Below, piece by piece: positions 48,226 through 57,492 of a stretch of DNA of 64,000 bases. Origin of the DNA: Candidatus Omnitrophota bacterium (lineage in GTDB: Bacteria; Omnitrophota; Gorgyraeia; Zapsychrales; Zapsychraceae). The notes beneath the pieces are model-generated. The model did no database searches, was not told the origin of the DNA, and worked only from the letters and a program-made list of their open reading frames with translations. The position numbers and the translations under genes were made by a program. How positions within the stretch are numbered: position 1 is the stretch's first letter; every line of letters begins with the position of its first letter. Location: contig JBFWOS010000002.1 in NCBI GenBank assembly GCA_050250375.1, forward strand, positions 282,980-346,979, given 5' to 3'.

Positions 48226-48678
48226 ATGCCAAAAATATTTATGATCGTTCTATGGTTAACCTTGGTGTGCACGGTTTCTTTGGCGGAAGAAAATCCGGTA
48301 ACGGCTTCGCAACAGACCGGTCCGGAAAAGGCGGCGGTTTCACCGACGCTGACGGAGAAACAGCAGGAATTGTATAAAGAGATGCAGATCTGGTACGGCA
48401 AATCCCTGGAGATGAGTGAAAAGGGGAAAGAATGGATCAGGGAAGACATCCAGAACATCGGTGACTGGGAATACCAGATCGTCACGCTCAGCCCCGATGA
48501 TGAAGAAAAGCTGGCTGAACAGCTCAATAAACTGGGCAAAGGACGCTGGGAAGTGTTCTGGGTCCAGGAAAAGATGCACGGGGTCCGTTTTTATCTGAAA
48601 CGGCCGGTGCGGACTTACCTGAAACATATCCCGGTCAGTGATCTGCTGCAGGTCATCCCCAAGGGCGAAGGGGAATAG
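48226..48678 (+). CDS. hypothetical secreted protein
   Basis: Signal peptide MPKIFMIVLWLTLVCTVSLA. Charged, helical. Confidence 0.4.
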   Translation: MPKIFMIVLWLTLVCTVSLAEENPVTASQQTGPEKAAVSPTLTEKQQELYKEMQIWYGKSLEMSEKGKEWIREDIQNIGDWEYQIVTLSPDDEEKLAEQLNKLGKGRWEVFWVQEKMHGVRFYLKRPVRTYLKHIPVSDLLQVIPKGEGE

Positions 48679-48682
48679 ACGG

Positions 48683-50725
48683 ATGGAACAGCTGCGCGTC
48701 GGATCACGCAACAGCCGTCTGGCGATTGTACAGGTTGATGAAATTGAACGGCTGTTGAAGGAACAGGCCTTCACGGGACAGTTTATCCGCACGACCTACC
48801 TGTCCAGCGGCGACCGCGATAAAGTAACGGCCTTGACGGACAATACCAAAGACGATTTTTTTTCCGATACCATCGACCAGGCCCTTCTTGACAACGAAAT
48901 TGACATAGCAGTCCACAGCGCCAAAGATCTCCCTAAAAATTTAGATTCAAGACTCAGCATCTACGCTTTGACCAAGGGCCCGGATGATACCGACGCCTTT
49001 GTGGGCCGGACTCCCATTGAGCAGTTACCGGACGGCAGCCGTATCGGTTCAAGCAGCCTGCTCAGACAGGAAGGTATCCGGCAATTGAATAAAAATTTTC
49101 AGATCGTGTCTGTCCGCGGCACGATTGACGAACGGATCAAACTGGTTGACGACGGGAAAGTGGACGGGGTCATCGTGGCGACGGTCGCGCTCAAACGGCT
49201 GGGCCTTGAAGGGCTGATTAAAAATATTATGCCCTGGGAAGGGTCCGCGCTGCAGGGGCAGCTGGCGGTGGTCGGACGCAGGGGAGACCGGCATTTAAAG
49301 AAAATATTTGAACCGCTGGATGTACGACGGACATACGGCCGGGTCACGCTGGTCGGGGCCGGCCCGGGCGATCCGGATTTGATCACGCTTAAAGGCGTGG
49401 ACCTCTTAAAACAGGCTGACTGCGTGTTGTACGATTATCTGGTCCATAAATCCGTCCTTGATCACGCCCCGGCGGCGGAAAAAATTTATGTCGGCAAACG
49501 CAAGGGGGAACATACCCTCAGGCAGGCAGACCTCTCACGGCTGATCCGTCTGAAAGCGTTTGAAGGAAAGTCGGTTGTCCGTCTCAAAGGCGGCGACCCG
49601 CTCATTTTCGGTCGCGGGGCGGAAGAACTGGACTATTTAAGAAGTTACCATATTGATGTTGATGTTGTGCCCGGAGTCAGTTCCGCCACGGCGGTCCCGT
49701 CCCGACTGGGGATCCCGTTAACGGCCCGCGGGTTTTCATCGTCGGTTGCTTTTTTGAGCGGCCACCAGGCCGAAGGACATGAGGGCGAAGACGAAGATAT
49801 CCGGGTTCCGGAGAATATCGACACGATGGTCTTTTTAATGGGCCTGACCAGGCTGGACAAAATTATCACCGCCCTGAAACAGGCGGGAAAAGATTCAGAT
49901 ACGCCGGTTGCGGTTATTTCACGGGGCACCCGTTGCGACCAGACGGTCGTCACCGGGACCATCGCCACGATCCAACAAAATGTTGAGGCCTGTACGCTCC
50001 ATCCGCCCGCGCTCATTGTCGTCGGACGGACCGTTGATTTCTACAAAGAGGATCTGAACCGGGAGGTCATTGTTTATACCGGAACCAACCCGGAAAAATA
50101 TCAGTCGCTGGGAAAGATACTCCACCTGCCGATGATTGAAATCACCCCGGCGCCGCTGGATGAAACGCAGTTGAACAAACTGACCCGGGATCTGGGCTGT
50201 TACGACATGATCCTGCTCACCAGCCGGTTTGCCGTCCGTTATTTTGTGGACCGCGTCAAAGGCGACAAAAAAGTCCGGGAAGAGTTATTAAAAAAAGATA
50301 TCATCGTGATCGGCAAGGATACGGCGACCGCCCTGATGGACTGCGGTCTTTGTCCGCGGCATATTGCCCGCGACGAAACATCCCGGGGGGTCCTGAATTT
50401 ATTTAAAGAACAATATGAACTGAAAGGCAAGTCGATTCTTTTTCCCCGGTCAAATTTGTCCAATCCGTTTTTAAAGGAACAGCTGGAGACCCTCGGAGCG
50501 CGGGTGGATGAGGTCGCGGTTTATGTCAACACACAGACCGCAAAGGCCCCGCTTCCCGCCGGTCCGGTCGACCGGATTATTTTTACAAGCCCTTCGACCG
50601 TGCACAGTTTCCTGGAGAAATACCACTCGATTCCCGCGGGCTGGCTGATCTGGTGCAAGGGGCCGGTGACCCAGAAGGCCCTGCTGGATAAAGGTTACGA
50701 AAGTGAGTTGATGATTTATGGCTGA
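48683..50725 (+). CDS. three-part tetrapyrrole enzyme fusion: truncated HemC (domains 1-2), CobA (uroporphyrinogen-III C-methyltransferase), HemD
   Basis: N-terminal RVGSRNSRLAIVQ...SSLLRQ...ALKRLGL. Then VTLVGAGPGDPDLITLKGVDLLKQADCVLYD. Then about 230 aa HemD-like. ATG at 48683. Confidence 0.7.
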   Translation: MEQLRVGSRNSRLAIVQVDEIERLLKEQAFTGQFIRTTYLSSGDRDKVTALTDNTKDDFFSDTIDQALLDNEIDIAVHSAKDLPKNLDSRLSIYALTKGPDDTDAFVGRTPIEQLPDGSRIGSSSLLRQEGIRQLNKNFQIVSVRGTIDERIKLVDDGKVDGVIVATVALKRLGLEGLIKNIMPWEGSALQGQLAVVGRRGDRHLKKIFEPLDVRRTYGRVTLVGAGPGDPDLITLKGVDLLKQADCVLYDYLVHKSVLDHAPAAEKIYVGKRKGEHTLRQADLSRLIRLKAFEGKSVVRLKGGDPLIFGRGAEELDYLRSYHIDVDVVPGVSSATAVPSRLGIPLTARGFSSSVAFLSGHQAEGHEGEDEDIRVPENIDTMVFLMGLTRLDKIITALKQAGKDSDTPVAVISRGTRCDQTVVTGTIATIQQNVEACTLHPPALIVVGRTVDFYKEDLNREVIVYTGTNPEKYQSLGKILHLPMIEITPAPLDETQLNKLTRDLGCYDMILLTSRFAVRYFVDRVKGDKKVREELLKKDIIVIGKDTATALMDCGLCPRHIARDETSRGVLNLFKEQYELKGKSILFPRSNLSNPFLKEQLETLGARVDEVAVYVNTQTAKAPLPAGPVDRIIFTSPSTVHSFLEKYHSIPAGWLIWCKGPVTQKALLDKGYESELMIYG

Positions 50726-52013
50726 TATTACTCCGGGACGTCAAAAAAATTCCGACCGGCTGTTTGCCGGCGCGCTGGATGTGATGGTCGGCGGGGTGAA
50801 TTCCCCGGTCCGGTCGTTTAAAGGGGTCGGCGGGCGTCCGCTGGTCATGAAGTACGGCCTGCGGTCAAAATTGTACGACCAGGATAACAACGAATACACG
50901 GATTACTGCCTGTCCTGGGGCGCGCTGATCGCCGGGCACGCCCACCGTAACGTTGTTCTTGGGGCCAAGAAGACCATTGAACGCGGGACGAGTTTCGGGG
51001 CGACGACCAGGGAAGAGATCGAGACGGCCAGGCTCGTGACCGGATTTGTCCCGTCCATTGAAAAGGTCCGCTTTGTCAATTCGGGGACCGAAGCGACGAT
51101 GAGCGCGATCCGGCTCGCCCGCGGCTTTACCGGTAAATCTATGCTGATCAAATTTGACGGCTGTTATCACGGGCATTTTGATGACCTTCTCACCAAGGCC
51201 GGATCCGGCGTGGCCATGCTGAAGGAATCATCCTCCGCCGGTATTCCGCCTTCCCATATCGAAAATACGGTCAGCCTGCCTTACAATGATTCAAACGCCT
51301 TGCGGGAAACCATAAAAAAATATAAAGATCAGCTGGCTTGTGTAATCCTTGAACCCGTGGCCGGGAACATGGGGGTCATCCGGGCCGAAAAAGAATTTCT
51401 TGAAACCCTCAGGGACCTGACGGCGGAACATAACATCGTCCTGATCTTTGATGAAATCATGACGGGGTTCAGGACAAACACCGGCTGCGCCCAGGCGGAT
51501 TACGGCATCACGCCGGATTTGACCTGCCTGGGAAAGATCATCGGCGGCGGTTTTCCGGTCGGCGCGTACGGAGGAAGGCGGGAGATTATGGACAATCTGG
51601 CCCCGCTGGGCGGCGTTTACCAGGCCGGTACGTTCTCCGGAAATCCGGTGGTGATGAAGGCCGGTTCCTGCACATTGAAACTGCTGAACAAAGATTTTTA
51701 CCGCGGCCTGAATGAACGCTGCTCCGCGTTCGCGCAGGACATGAACGGGTATTTCAAGAGCCGAAATATTGAGGCCCATCTGTCTCACTATTTTTCGATG
51801 ATGAGCCTTCGCTTTTCGGCAAAAAATGTTTATAATTATCAGGACGCGCTGAACGCGCAGGGGCATGAGCGTTACGCTCGGTTATTTCATCATTTATTGA
51901 AACGGGGGATTTATTGGCCGCCGGCGGACCTGGAGGCTTTTTTTGTCAGCCAGACCCATTCAAAGCGGGACCTGGATGACCTGGCGTGCGCGTTGAAAGA
52001 TTTTTTTAAATAA
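50718..52013 (+). CDS. hemL: glutamate-1-semialdehyde 2,1-aminomutase
   Basis: GVNSPVRSFKGVGG. LIFDEIMTGFR with PLP Lys. 431 aa. Confidence 0.9.
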   Translation: MADITPGRQKNSDRLFAGALDVMVGGVNSPVRSFKGVGGRPLVMKYGLRSKLYDQDNNEYTDYCLSWGALIAGHAHRNVVLGAKKTIERGTSFGATTREEIETARLVTGFVPSIEKVRFVNSGTEATMSAIRLARGFTGKSMLIKFDGCYHGHFDDLLTKAGSGVAMLKESSSAGIPPSHIENTVSLPYNDSNALRETIKKYKDQLACVILEPVAGNMGVIRAEKEFLETLRDLTAEHNIVLIFDEIMTGFRTNTGCAQADYGITPDLTCLGKIIGGGFPVGAYGGRREIMDNLAPLGGVYQAGTFSGNPVVMKAGSCTLKLLNKDFYRGLNERCSAFAQDMNGYFKSRNIEAHLSHYFSMMSLRFSAKNVYNYQDALNAQGHERYARLFHHLLKRGIYWPPADLEAFFVSQTHSKRDLDDLACALKDFFK

Positions 52014-52051
52014 ATGAGAATTCTCGCTTATTAAAAGGAAAGGAATAAACG

Positions 52052-52441
52052 ATGAGAAAAATATTTAACTTTATCATTGGAGCAAGTTTTTTGGCAACGG
52101 TTGCCGCGAGTCAGGGGTGTGTCTTATTGGCCGGGGCTGCGGTGGGGGCCGGCGGTTACGCTTACGTAACCGGCGCCTTGTCCAAGAACCTGGACGCCAA
52201 GGTCGACAAGGTTCACGCGGCCTCGCTCAAAGGCCTTCAAGACCTTGGAGCGTTTGTCGTGTCGGAAGACCAGTCCATGCAGAAATCCGAGATCCACGCG
52301 GAAAGCGAAGACGGCAAAAATATTAATATTGATATCGAGGCCCTGACCGAGCAGGCATCCAAGATCAAGATCCGGGTCGGCACCATCGGCAACGAATCGG
52401 ATTCACTCAGGGTCCTTAAAGCCATTATGAGCCATCTCTAA
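52052..52441 (+). CDS. hypothetical small secreted protein or lipoprotein
   Basis: Hydrophobic N-terminus with ASQGC. Gly-zipper-like AGAAVGAGGYAY. Confidence 0.35.
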   Translation: MRKIFNFIIGASFLATVAASQGCVLLAGAAVGAGGYAYVTGALSKNLDAKVDKVHAASLKGLQDLGAFVVSEDQSMQKSEIHAESEDGKNINIDIEALTEQASKIKIRVGTIGNESDSLRVLKAIMSHL

Positions 52442-52467
52442 TCAAACCGCGTTACGGAAATTATAAG

Positions 52468-53238
52468 ATGAAAAACAGCTTGAGATTGAGTGCCTTTCTG
52501 GGGGTGGTCCTCGTTTTTGGAGGGCCACTCTTTTTCTTTGATGCGGCCCGGGCCGATACAGTGGCGTTTCTTGTTGATTACAGTTTGTGGGCGGATGTCC
52601 TCGCAAAACATGTTAACGCCCAGGGTCGGTTTGATTATGAAGGCCTGATGAAAGATCCTGCCCGGTTTAATCAGTTTATCTCCCAGATTGAAAATGCCAA
52701 CCTCAGCCAGCTCGGCCCGGATGAAAAAAAGGCGTTCTGGATCAATGCCTATAACGCCTTGACGGTCAAAGTGATCGTGGACAATTATCCGGTCAAGAGC
52801 ATCCTGCGGATTAATTTCGGGCTGGTCTGGAAGATCGGCCGGGCTGCGGCCGGCGGGAAAAAAAGCCTGGGAGATATCGAACACAAGGTCCTGCGGCCGC
52901 TGGGCGATCCGCGGATCCATTTCGCGATCAATTGCGCCTCGATCGGTTGTCCGAAATTGTCGGACAAGCCATACTATCCCCGGACCCTGGATGAACAGCT
53001 GGACCAGGCGGCCCGGCAGTTTATCAATGATCCGGAAAAAGTCATCATTGACCGCCAAAAAAATATACTGTTCCATTCAGCGATCTTTAAATGGTTTGAA
53101 AAGGATTTTCTTAAAGCCGCGCCCGACTTGAGCGGGTATATCCGGCACTATTTAAATGACACCGATAAGGCTTATCTGGATTCCAGCCGGCCGGAACTCC
53201 GGGAGCTGGATTATGACTGGGGTTTGAACAGACAGTGA
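52468..53238 (+). CDS. DUF547 family protein
   Basis: Signal peptide. WINAYNALTVKVIVDNYPVKSI is characteristic of DUF547. Confidence 0.55.
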   Translation: MKNSLRLSAFLGVVLVFGGPLFFFDAARADTVAFLVDYSLWADVLAKHVNAQGRFDYEGLMKDPARFNQFISQIENANLSQLGPDEKKAFWINAYNALTVKVIVDNYPVKSILRINFGLVWKIGRAAAGGKKSLGDIEHKVLRPLGDPRIHFAINCASIGCPKLSDKPYYPRTLDEQLDQAARQFINDPEKVIIDRQKNILFHSAIFKWFEKDFLKAAPDLSGYIRHYLNDTDKAYLDSSRPELRELDYDWGLNRQ

Positions 53239-53897
53239 AGCAATCCCGCGCTCTGATTGTTTTTGCCCGTGAACCCCGGCAGGGCCGCGTCAAAACCAGA
53301 CTTCTGAAAGTTCTGGACCCCGGCCTGGTGACTTCCCTTTACAAAGCCTTTGTCATGGATGTCCTCGCGCAGACCGCCGGTTTAAAAGACTGCGCCCGGT
53401 TTCTTTATTACGCGGACGGGGAAACCGAGCCGGTTTTTTTGAACCAGTTTAAGTCCGATTTTGAGCTTGTCGGCCAGCAGGGGAAAGACCTGGGGGAACG
53501 GATGCAGCGGTCAGCCTCTGATTGTTTTCAAAAGGGTTTTCAGAAAGTGGTGATCATCGGGAGCGATTGTCTGGAGATTACGTCCGGGGACCTCGAACAA
53601 GCCTTTGACAGGCTGGAAGGAAGTGATTTTTGTTTCGGTCCATCCAGCGACGGAGGATATTATCTGGCCGGGATGAAGAAATTCCGGCCCGAGATCTTCA
53701 CCGGAGTTGAATGGGGCACTTCCGCGGTCTTAAGCAAGACACTTGAAATTATCGGAAAAATAGAGCATAATGTTGCATTATTAGACGAAAAAGAAGATAT
53801 GGATACCATTGAATCTTTGAAGCGTTTCTCCGGACGGATGGAGACTGTACCCGGCGCGAAAGAGACCAAGAAGATATTGAGGACAATCAAATTATAA
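53235..53897 (+). CDS. DUF2064 (TIGR04282) GT-A-like glycosyltransferase
   Basis: ALIVFAREPRQGRVKTRL and DGGYYLAGM patterns. Confidence 0.55.
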   Translation: MKQSRALIVFAREPRQGRVKTRLLKVLDPGLVTSLYKAFVMDVLAQTAGLKDCARFLYYADGETEPVFLNQFKSDFELVGQQGKDLGERMQRSASDCFQKGFQKVVIIGSDCLEITSGDLEQAFDRLEGSDFCFGPSSDGGYYLAGMKKFRPEIFTGVEWGTSAVLSKTLEIIGKIEHNVALLDEKEDMDTIESLKRFSGRMETVPGAKETKKILRTIKL

Positions 53898-53911
53898 ACC
53901 AGACTTCACCC

Positions 53912-54994
53912 ATGCCCAAAGTCGCCCACATCGCCTATTCGATCACCCAGTCTGATCTGAAAGACCTGATCGCCGCCCTCATTTATAAACAAAAGGAGAA
54001 GGGTGTCCAGGCGGATATTATCCATATTGTTCAGGAGAGGGATATTTCCAGGGTCCTCAAGGTCCGCGGGGTTGACGTTTATACGTACACCAAAGCGCCC
54101 GGGACGGATTTCCGGCTGATGTTCAAACTGGCGAAGTTTTTACGCACGCACCGTTATGAGGTGGTCCATACCCACAGCCTGGAAATTGCCGTACTGGCCG
54201 GAGCGGCTGCCCGGTTGAGCAACGCGAAATCGATTTATTCCTGTCACTGGATGAGCCACCGCCCGATTCCCGCCCTGGCCCGCCGGTTTAACAATCACAT
54301 CGTCACGGCCTGCGAATACATCCAGAAGAAATTGCTGAGTGAAAAGGTTCTGAATGACCCCAAGGTCAAGATTATTTATGACGGTATTGACGAGCAATTG
54401 TATATGAAGGATTTCGGTAAGGAATCCTCCCTGGAAAACCGCCGCAAGCTCGGCCTTCAGGAAGACAGCTTTATCATCGGAAATATCGGCCCTTTGGTCA
54501 AGGAAGAGGACCAGGCAACGCTGATCAAGGCGTTCAGGAAATTAAGGGCCAAGGGACTGAATGCCGAACTGGTCTTTGCCGGCGAAGGCCCGCTCTTGGG
54601 GGACCTCAGCAAGCTCGGGGAAAATTACCAGCTCCTTGACCGTATCAAATTTATCCCGGGGATCCTGTCCCGGGCGGAATATCTGCAGATGTTTGACGTG
54701 CTGGTGCACAGCGCGCATAAAGAGGCCTATCCGTTCAACCTGCTTGAATCCATGGCCGCCGGCACGCCGGTCATCGCCACCAAGATCGGGGCCAACGCGG
54801 AAGTCATTGATGAACGCAAGACCGGATACCTTGTGCCGTGCGGATTCCCCGAACGCATTGACTCGGCGATCATGCGCCTCAACGCCATCAAGACACTCTC
54901 CCGGGAAATGGGCGAGCACTCCCAAAAACATGTCCTCAATGATTTCAGCATCGAACGCATGGCGGCCAAATATCAGGAATTGTACACGTCCTAA
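53912..54994 (+). CDS. glycosyltransferase family 4
   Basis: YPFNLLESMAAGTPVIATKIGANAEVI. Confidence 0.75.
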   Translation: MPKVAHIAYSITQSDLKDLIAALIYKQKEKGVQADIIHIVQERDISRVLKVRGVDVYTYTKAPGTDFRLMFKLAKFLRTHRYEVVHTHSLEIAVLAGAAARLSNAKSIYSCHWMSHRPIPALARRFNNHIVTACEYIQKKLLSEKVLNDPKVKIIYDGIDEQLYMKDFGKESSLENRRKLGLQEDSFIIGNIGPLVKEEDQATLIKAFRKLRAKGLNAELVFAGEGPLLGDLSKLGENYQLLDRIKFIPGILSRAEYLQMFDVLVHSAHKEAYPFNLLESMAAGTPVIATKIGANAEVIDERKTGYLVPCGFPERIDSAIMRLNAIKTLSREMGEHSQKHVLNDFSIERMAAKYQELYTS

Positions 54995-55016
54995 CCTATT
55001 GATTTGAATTTCCAAG

Positions 55017-55135
55017 ATACAAGTAACAAGATACAAAAAAATTACCAACAACAAATTTCAAACTAAAAGAAAGAATATTTATGTTTGGATTTTGAAGATT
55101 GTTGTTTTTTTGGTTTTTGTTACTTGTTTCTTTCA
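55017..55135. repeat. AT-rich imperfect inverted repeat (about 45-bp arms, 22-bp spacer) in the intergenic region upstream of the secretin operon
   Basis: Left arm caagtaacaagatacaaaaaaattaccaacaacaaatttcaaa. Right arm reverse complement caagtaacaaaaaccaaaaaaacaacaatcttcaaaa. Confidence 0.4.
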
Positions 55136-55153
55136 TCTAAAAATGTTCTCTGC

Positions 55154-55173
55154 CAAAACACCACGCGCGTGGT
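55154..55173. promoter_or_regulatory. second copy of the 20-mer CAAAACACCACGCGCGTGGT
   Basis: Exact 20/20 match to 1778..1797. Intergenic, 150 bp upstream of the secretin operon. Confidence 0.45.
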
Positions 55174-55328
55174 ATTTTGGCCTATTCCTTGAACATCCCC
55201 CATAAGTGTGTCCTGGTGTGTCCGGTTATGCGATATTGACTAATGGGCATTATTATTGAATAATAAAGGCCATTAATATTAATTATAATAATGATTAGTA
55301 CTATATTAAAAAAGCCGGATGTTGACCG

Positions 55329-55913
55329 ATGAGTCTACAGCTGACCAAATTTTTTCGAAAATCCCCTTCCCGGGAGGAATGGCCGGCCATGAACGGCCGC
55401 CAGGCGGATATCCGCCAATATGCCGAACAAACGAGGGCATTCAGGAAGGTCAACCGCGTTCTCTGGGTCCTTATTGCCCTGGGTGGGCTGGCGGTCATCA
55501 TTTACGGACGGCATTTGTACCGGACGGATTTTCAGTCCAATATGAAAAAGCTGGATTCAATTAACCGTGTCCGGTTTGAGCCAAACCGCCCGGAGATTGA
55601 TCAAACGGTGGTGGTCCGTCCGGCATTTGACCTAAATTTTCTCAACCGGCGCAATATTTTTACGCGGTACCGTTCAGACGAAAAAAAAGAAACCAGGGTA
55701 TCGACCAAAGACGTTCATAAATTCAAAAGTTCCATCCGGGTGGTGGGGATTACTTTTGACAAGGATTATGAAGTCCTGATTGAAGACCTGGACAAGAAAG
55801 AAACCGTCCTGCTGACGAAGGGGAATTCCATCGCCGGGGCGAAATTGATCGACATCAGTGAGAAAAAATTAATCTTTGAACTCGACAATAACCAGATCGA
55901 AATAGAACCGTAA
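55329..55913 (+). CDS. membrane-anchored hypothetical protein, possibly a secretin-associated pilot/PilP-like component
   Basis: Single N-terminal TM helix. Immediately upstream of the secretin with a 5-bp gap. Confidence 0.3.
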   Translation: MSLQLTKFFRKSPSREEWPAMNGRQADIRQYAEQTRAFRKVNRVLWVLIALGGLAVIIYGRHLYRTDFQSNMKKLDSINRVRFEPNRPEIDQTVVVRPAFDLNFLNRRNIFTRYRSDEKKETRVSTKDVHKFKSSIRVVGITFDKDYEVLIEDLDKKETVLLTKGNSIAGAKLIDISEKKLIFELDNNQIEIEP

Positions 55914-55918
55914 ACCCG

Positions 55919-57424
55919 ATGAACAGCTTGTTGCGACACCTTATGTGTTTTTTCCTCTGTTTGGTCCTGGGCCTTTCCTCCGGGTCAGCCAACGCGCAGA
56001 CCGGACCGGTTGCGCCGGCCCAGGCGACTGAAACGAACGGCGTCATCAGCCTGCTTGATTTCAAGAACATGGAAATGACCGATGTCCTGAAATACCTTTC
56101 CCAGAAAAGCCAGTATAATTTTGTGCCCAGCCAGAGCGTCAAGTCCCGGGTGACGATTTACCTGAAAGATGTCGAGGTGCTGGAAGCGATGGAGATTATC
56201 GCCCGGTCGCAGAACCTGGCGTATGTCATTGACGGGAAGGTCATCCATGTCATGACGGCCAAAGAATATGAGCAGGAATTCGGTTATCCGTACGGGAAGC
56301 CGGTCGTGACCGAATATATGCAAATGGCGCATATTAACCCGGGGCGGGCGGTGGAAATTATTGAAAAAATGAAAGGGCCGATGGGGATCGTTTACGTTGA
56401 TTTATATTCCAAGAGCCTGATGATCAAAGATGAACCGGCCCGGATTGAAGAAATGAAAAAAGCCATCGCGATGATCGACCGGCCTTTGATTACAAAAGAG
56501 ATCCGGCTGAAATATATTCCGGTCAAGGACATCGCGGAAAAAATAAAGGATCTGACGACCCCGTCGATCGGTTCGGTAAAATATGATGAGCCATCCAACA
56601 GCATGGTGATCATGGACAACGCCGATGTCATCGACCGGATCAAGTCTGTTGTGCGGACCTTTGACCAGCGCCAGTCCGAGGTCTCGATTGAGGCGAAAAT
56701 TATCCAGGTCACTTTAAGTGACGATACCAAACTGGGGGTCAACTGGCAGGCGGTGATCAAGGAATTCCATGATATGAAGGTGGAGAGTGATTTTGAAGCG
56801 ATGCCCACCGGCAACCTCGGCCGGCTGAGCGTCGGGACGATTGAAAAAGACAATTATTCCGCGGTTGTCAATGCCCTGGAGAGTGTGGGGAATACCAAGA
56901 TCCTGTCCAATCCGCATATTACGACCCTGAATAACAAGGAAGCCAAGATCCTGGTCGGATCATCCGAGCCGTATGTCACGGCGACGACCACCACCCCGTC
57001 TTCAGGCCCGGCCATCACCGCGGAAAATGTCACCTTTATCGATGTGGGGGTGAAACTCTATGCCACGCCGACCATCCATGACGACGGGTACATCACCATG
57101 GCCATCCGGCCCGAGGTCAGTTCGGTGACCCGGACCGTGACGACATCCAATAATAACTCGATCCCGGTCGTGGAAACATCGGAAGCGGAGACGACGGTCA
57201 TGATCAGGGACGGAGAGACGATCGTGATCGGCGGGCTGATCCGGGAAGACCGCATCGACACCGTCCAGCAGGTCCCGGTGCTGGGAGACATCCCTGTTGT
57301 CGGATCTGCGTTCAGAAATAAAGACCACACCAACCGCACCACCGAGATCGTGATTTTTCTGACACCCCGCATCATCAACGGCACCTCGCAGGAATACCGG
57401 GATTACCGGAGCATACTGGAATAA
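55919..57424 (+). CDS. secretin (PilQ/GspD family outer-membrane channel)
   Basis: Signal peptide. N0-like domain. C-terminal secretin signature VPVLGDIPVVGSAFRN...TEIVIFLTPRII. Confidence 0.8.
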   Translation: MNSLLRHLMCFFLCLVLGLSSGSANAQTGPVAPAQATETNGVISLLDFKNMEMTDVLKYLSQKSQYNFVPSQSVKSRVTIYLKDVEVLEAMEIIARSQNLAYVIDGKVIHVMTAKEYEQEFGYPYGKPVVTEYMQMAHINPGRAVEIIEKMKGPMGIVYVDLYSKSLMIKDEPARIEEMKKAIAMIDRPLITKEIRLKYIPVKDIAEKIKDLTTPSIGSVKYDEPSNSMVIMDNADVIDRIKSVVRTFDQRQSEVSIEAKIIQVTLSDDTKLGVNWQAVIKEFHDMKVESDFEAMPTGNLGRLSVGTIEKDNYSAVVNALESVGNTKILSNPHITTLNNKEAKILVGSSEPYVTATTTTPSSGPAITAENVTFIDVGVKLYATPTIHDDGYITMAIRPEVSSVTRTVTTSNNNSIPVVETSEAETTVMIRDGETIVIGGLIREDRIDTVQQVPVLGDIPVVGSAFRNKDHTNRTTEIVIFLTPRIINGTSQEYRDYRSILE

Positions 57425-57492
57425 CTTTCGGAATTGCAAGTTATCTGTATAATAGATATCTGAACAGTCAAACAGGAACGGAGAACCAATCC

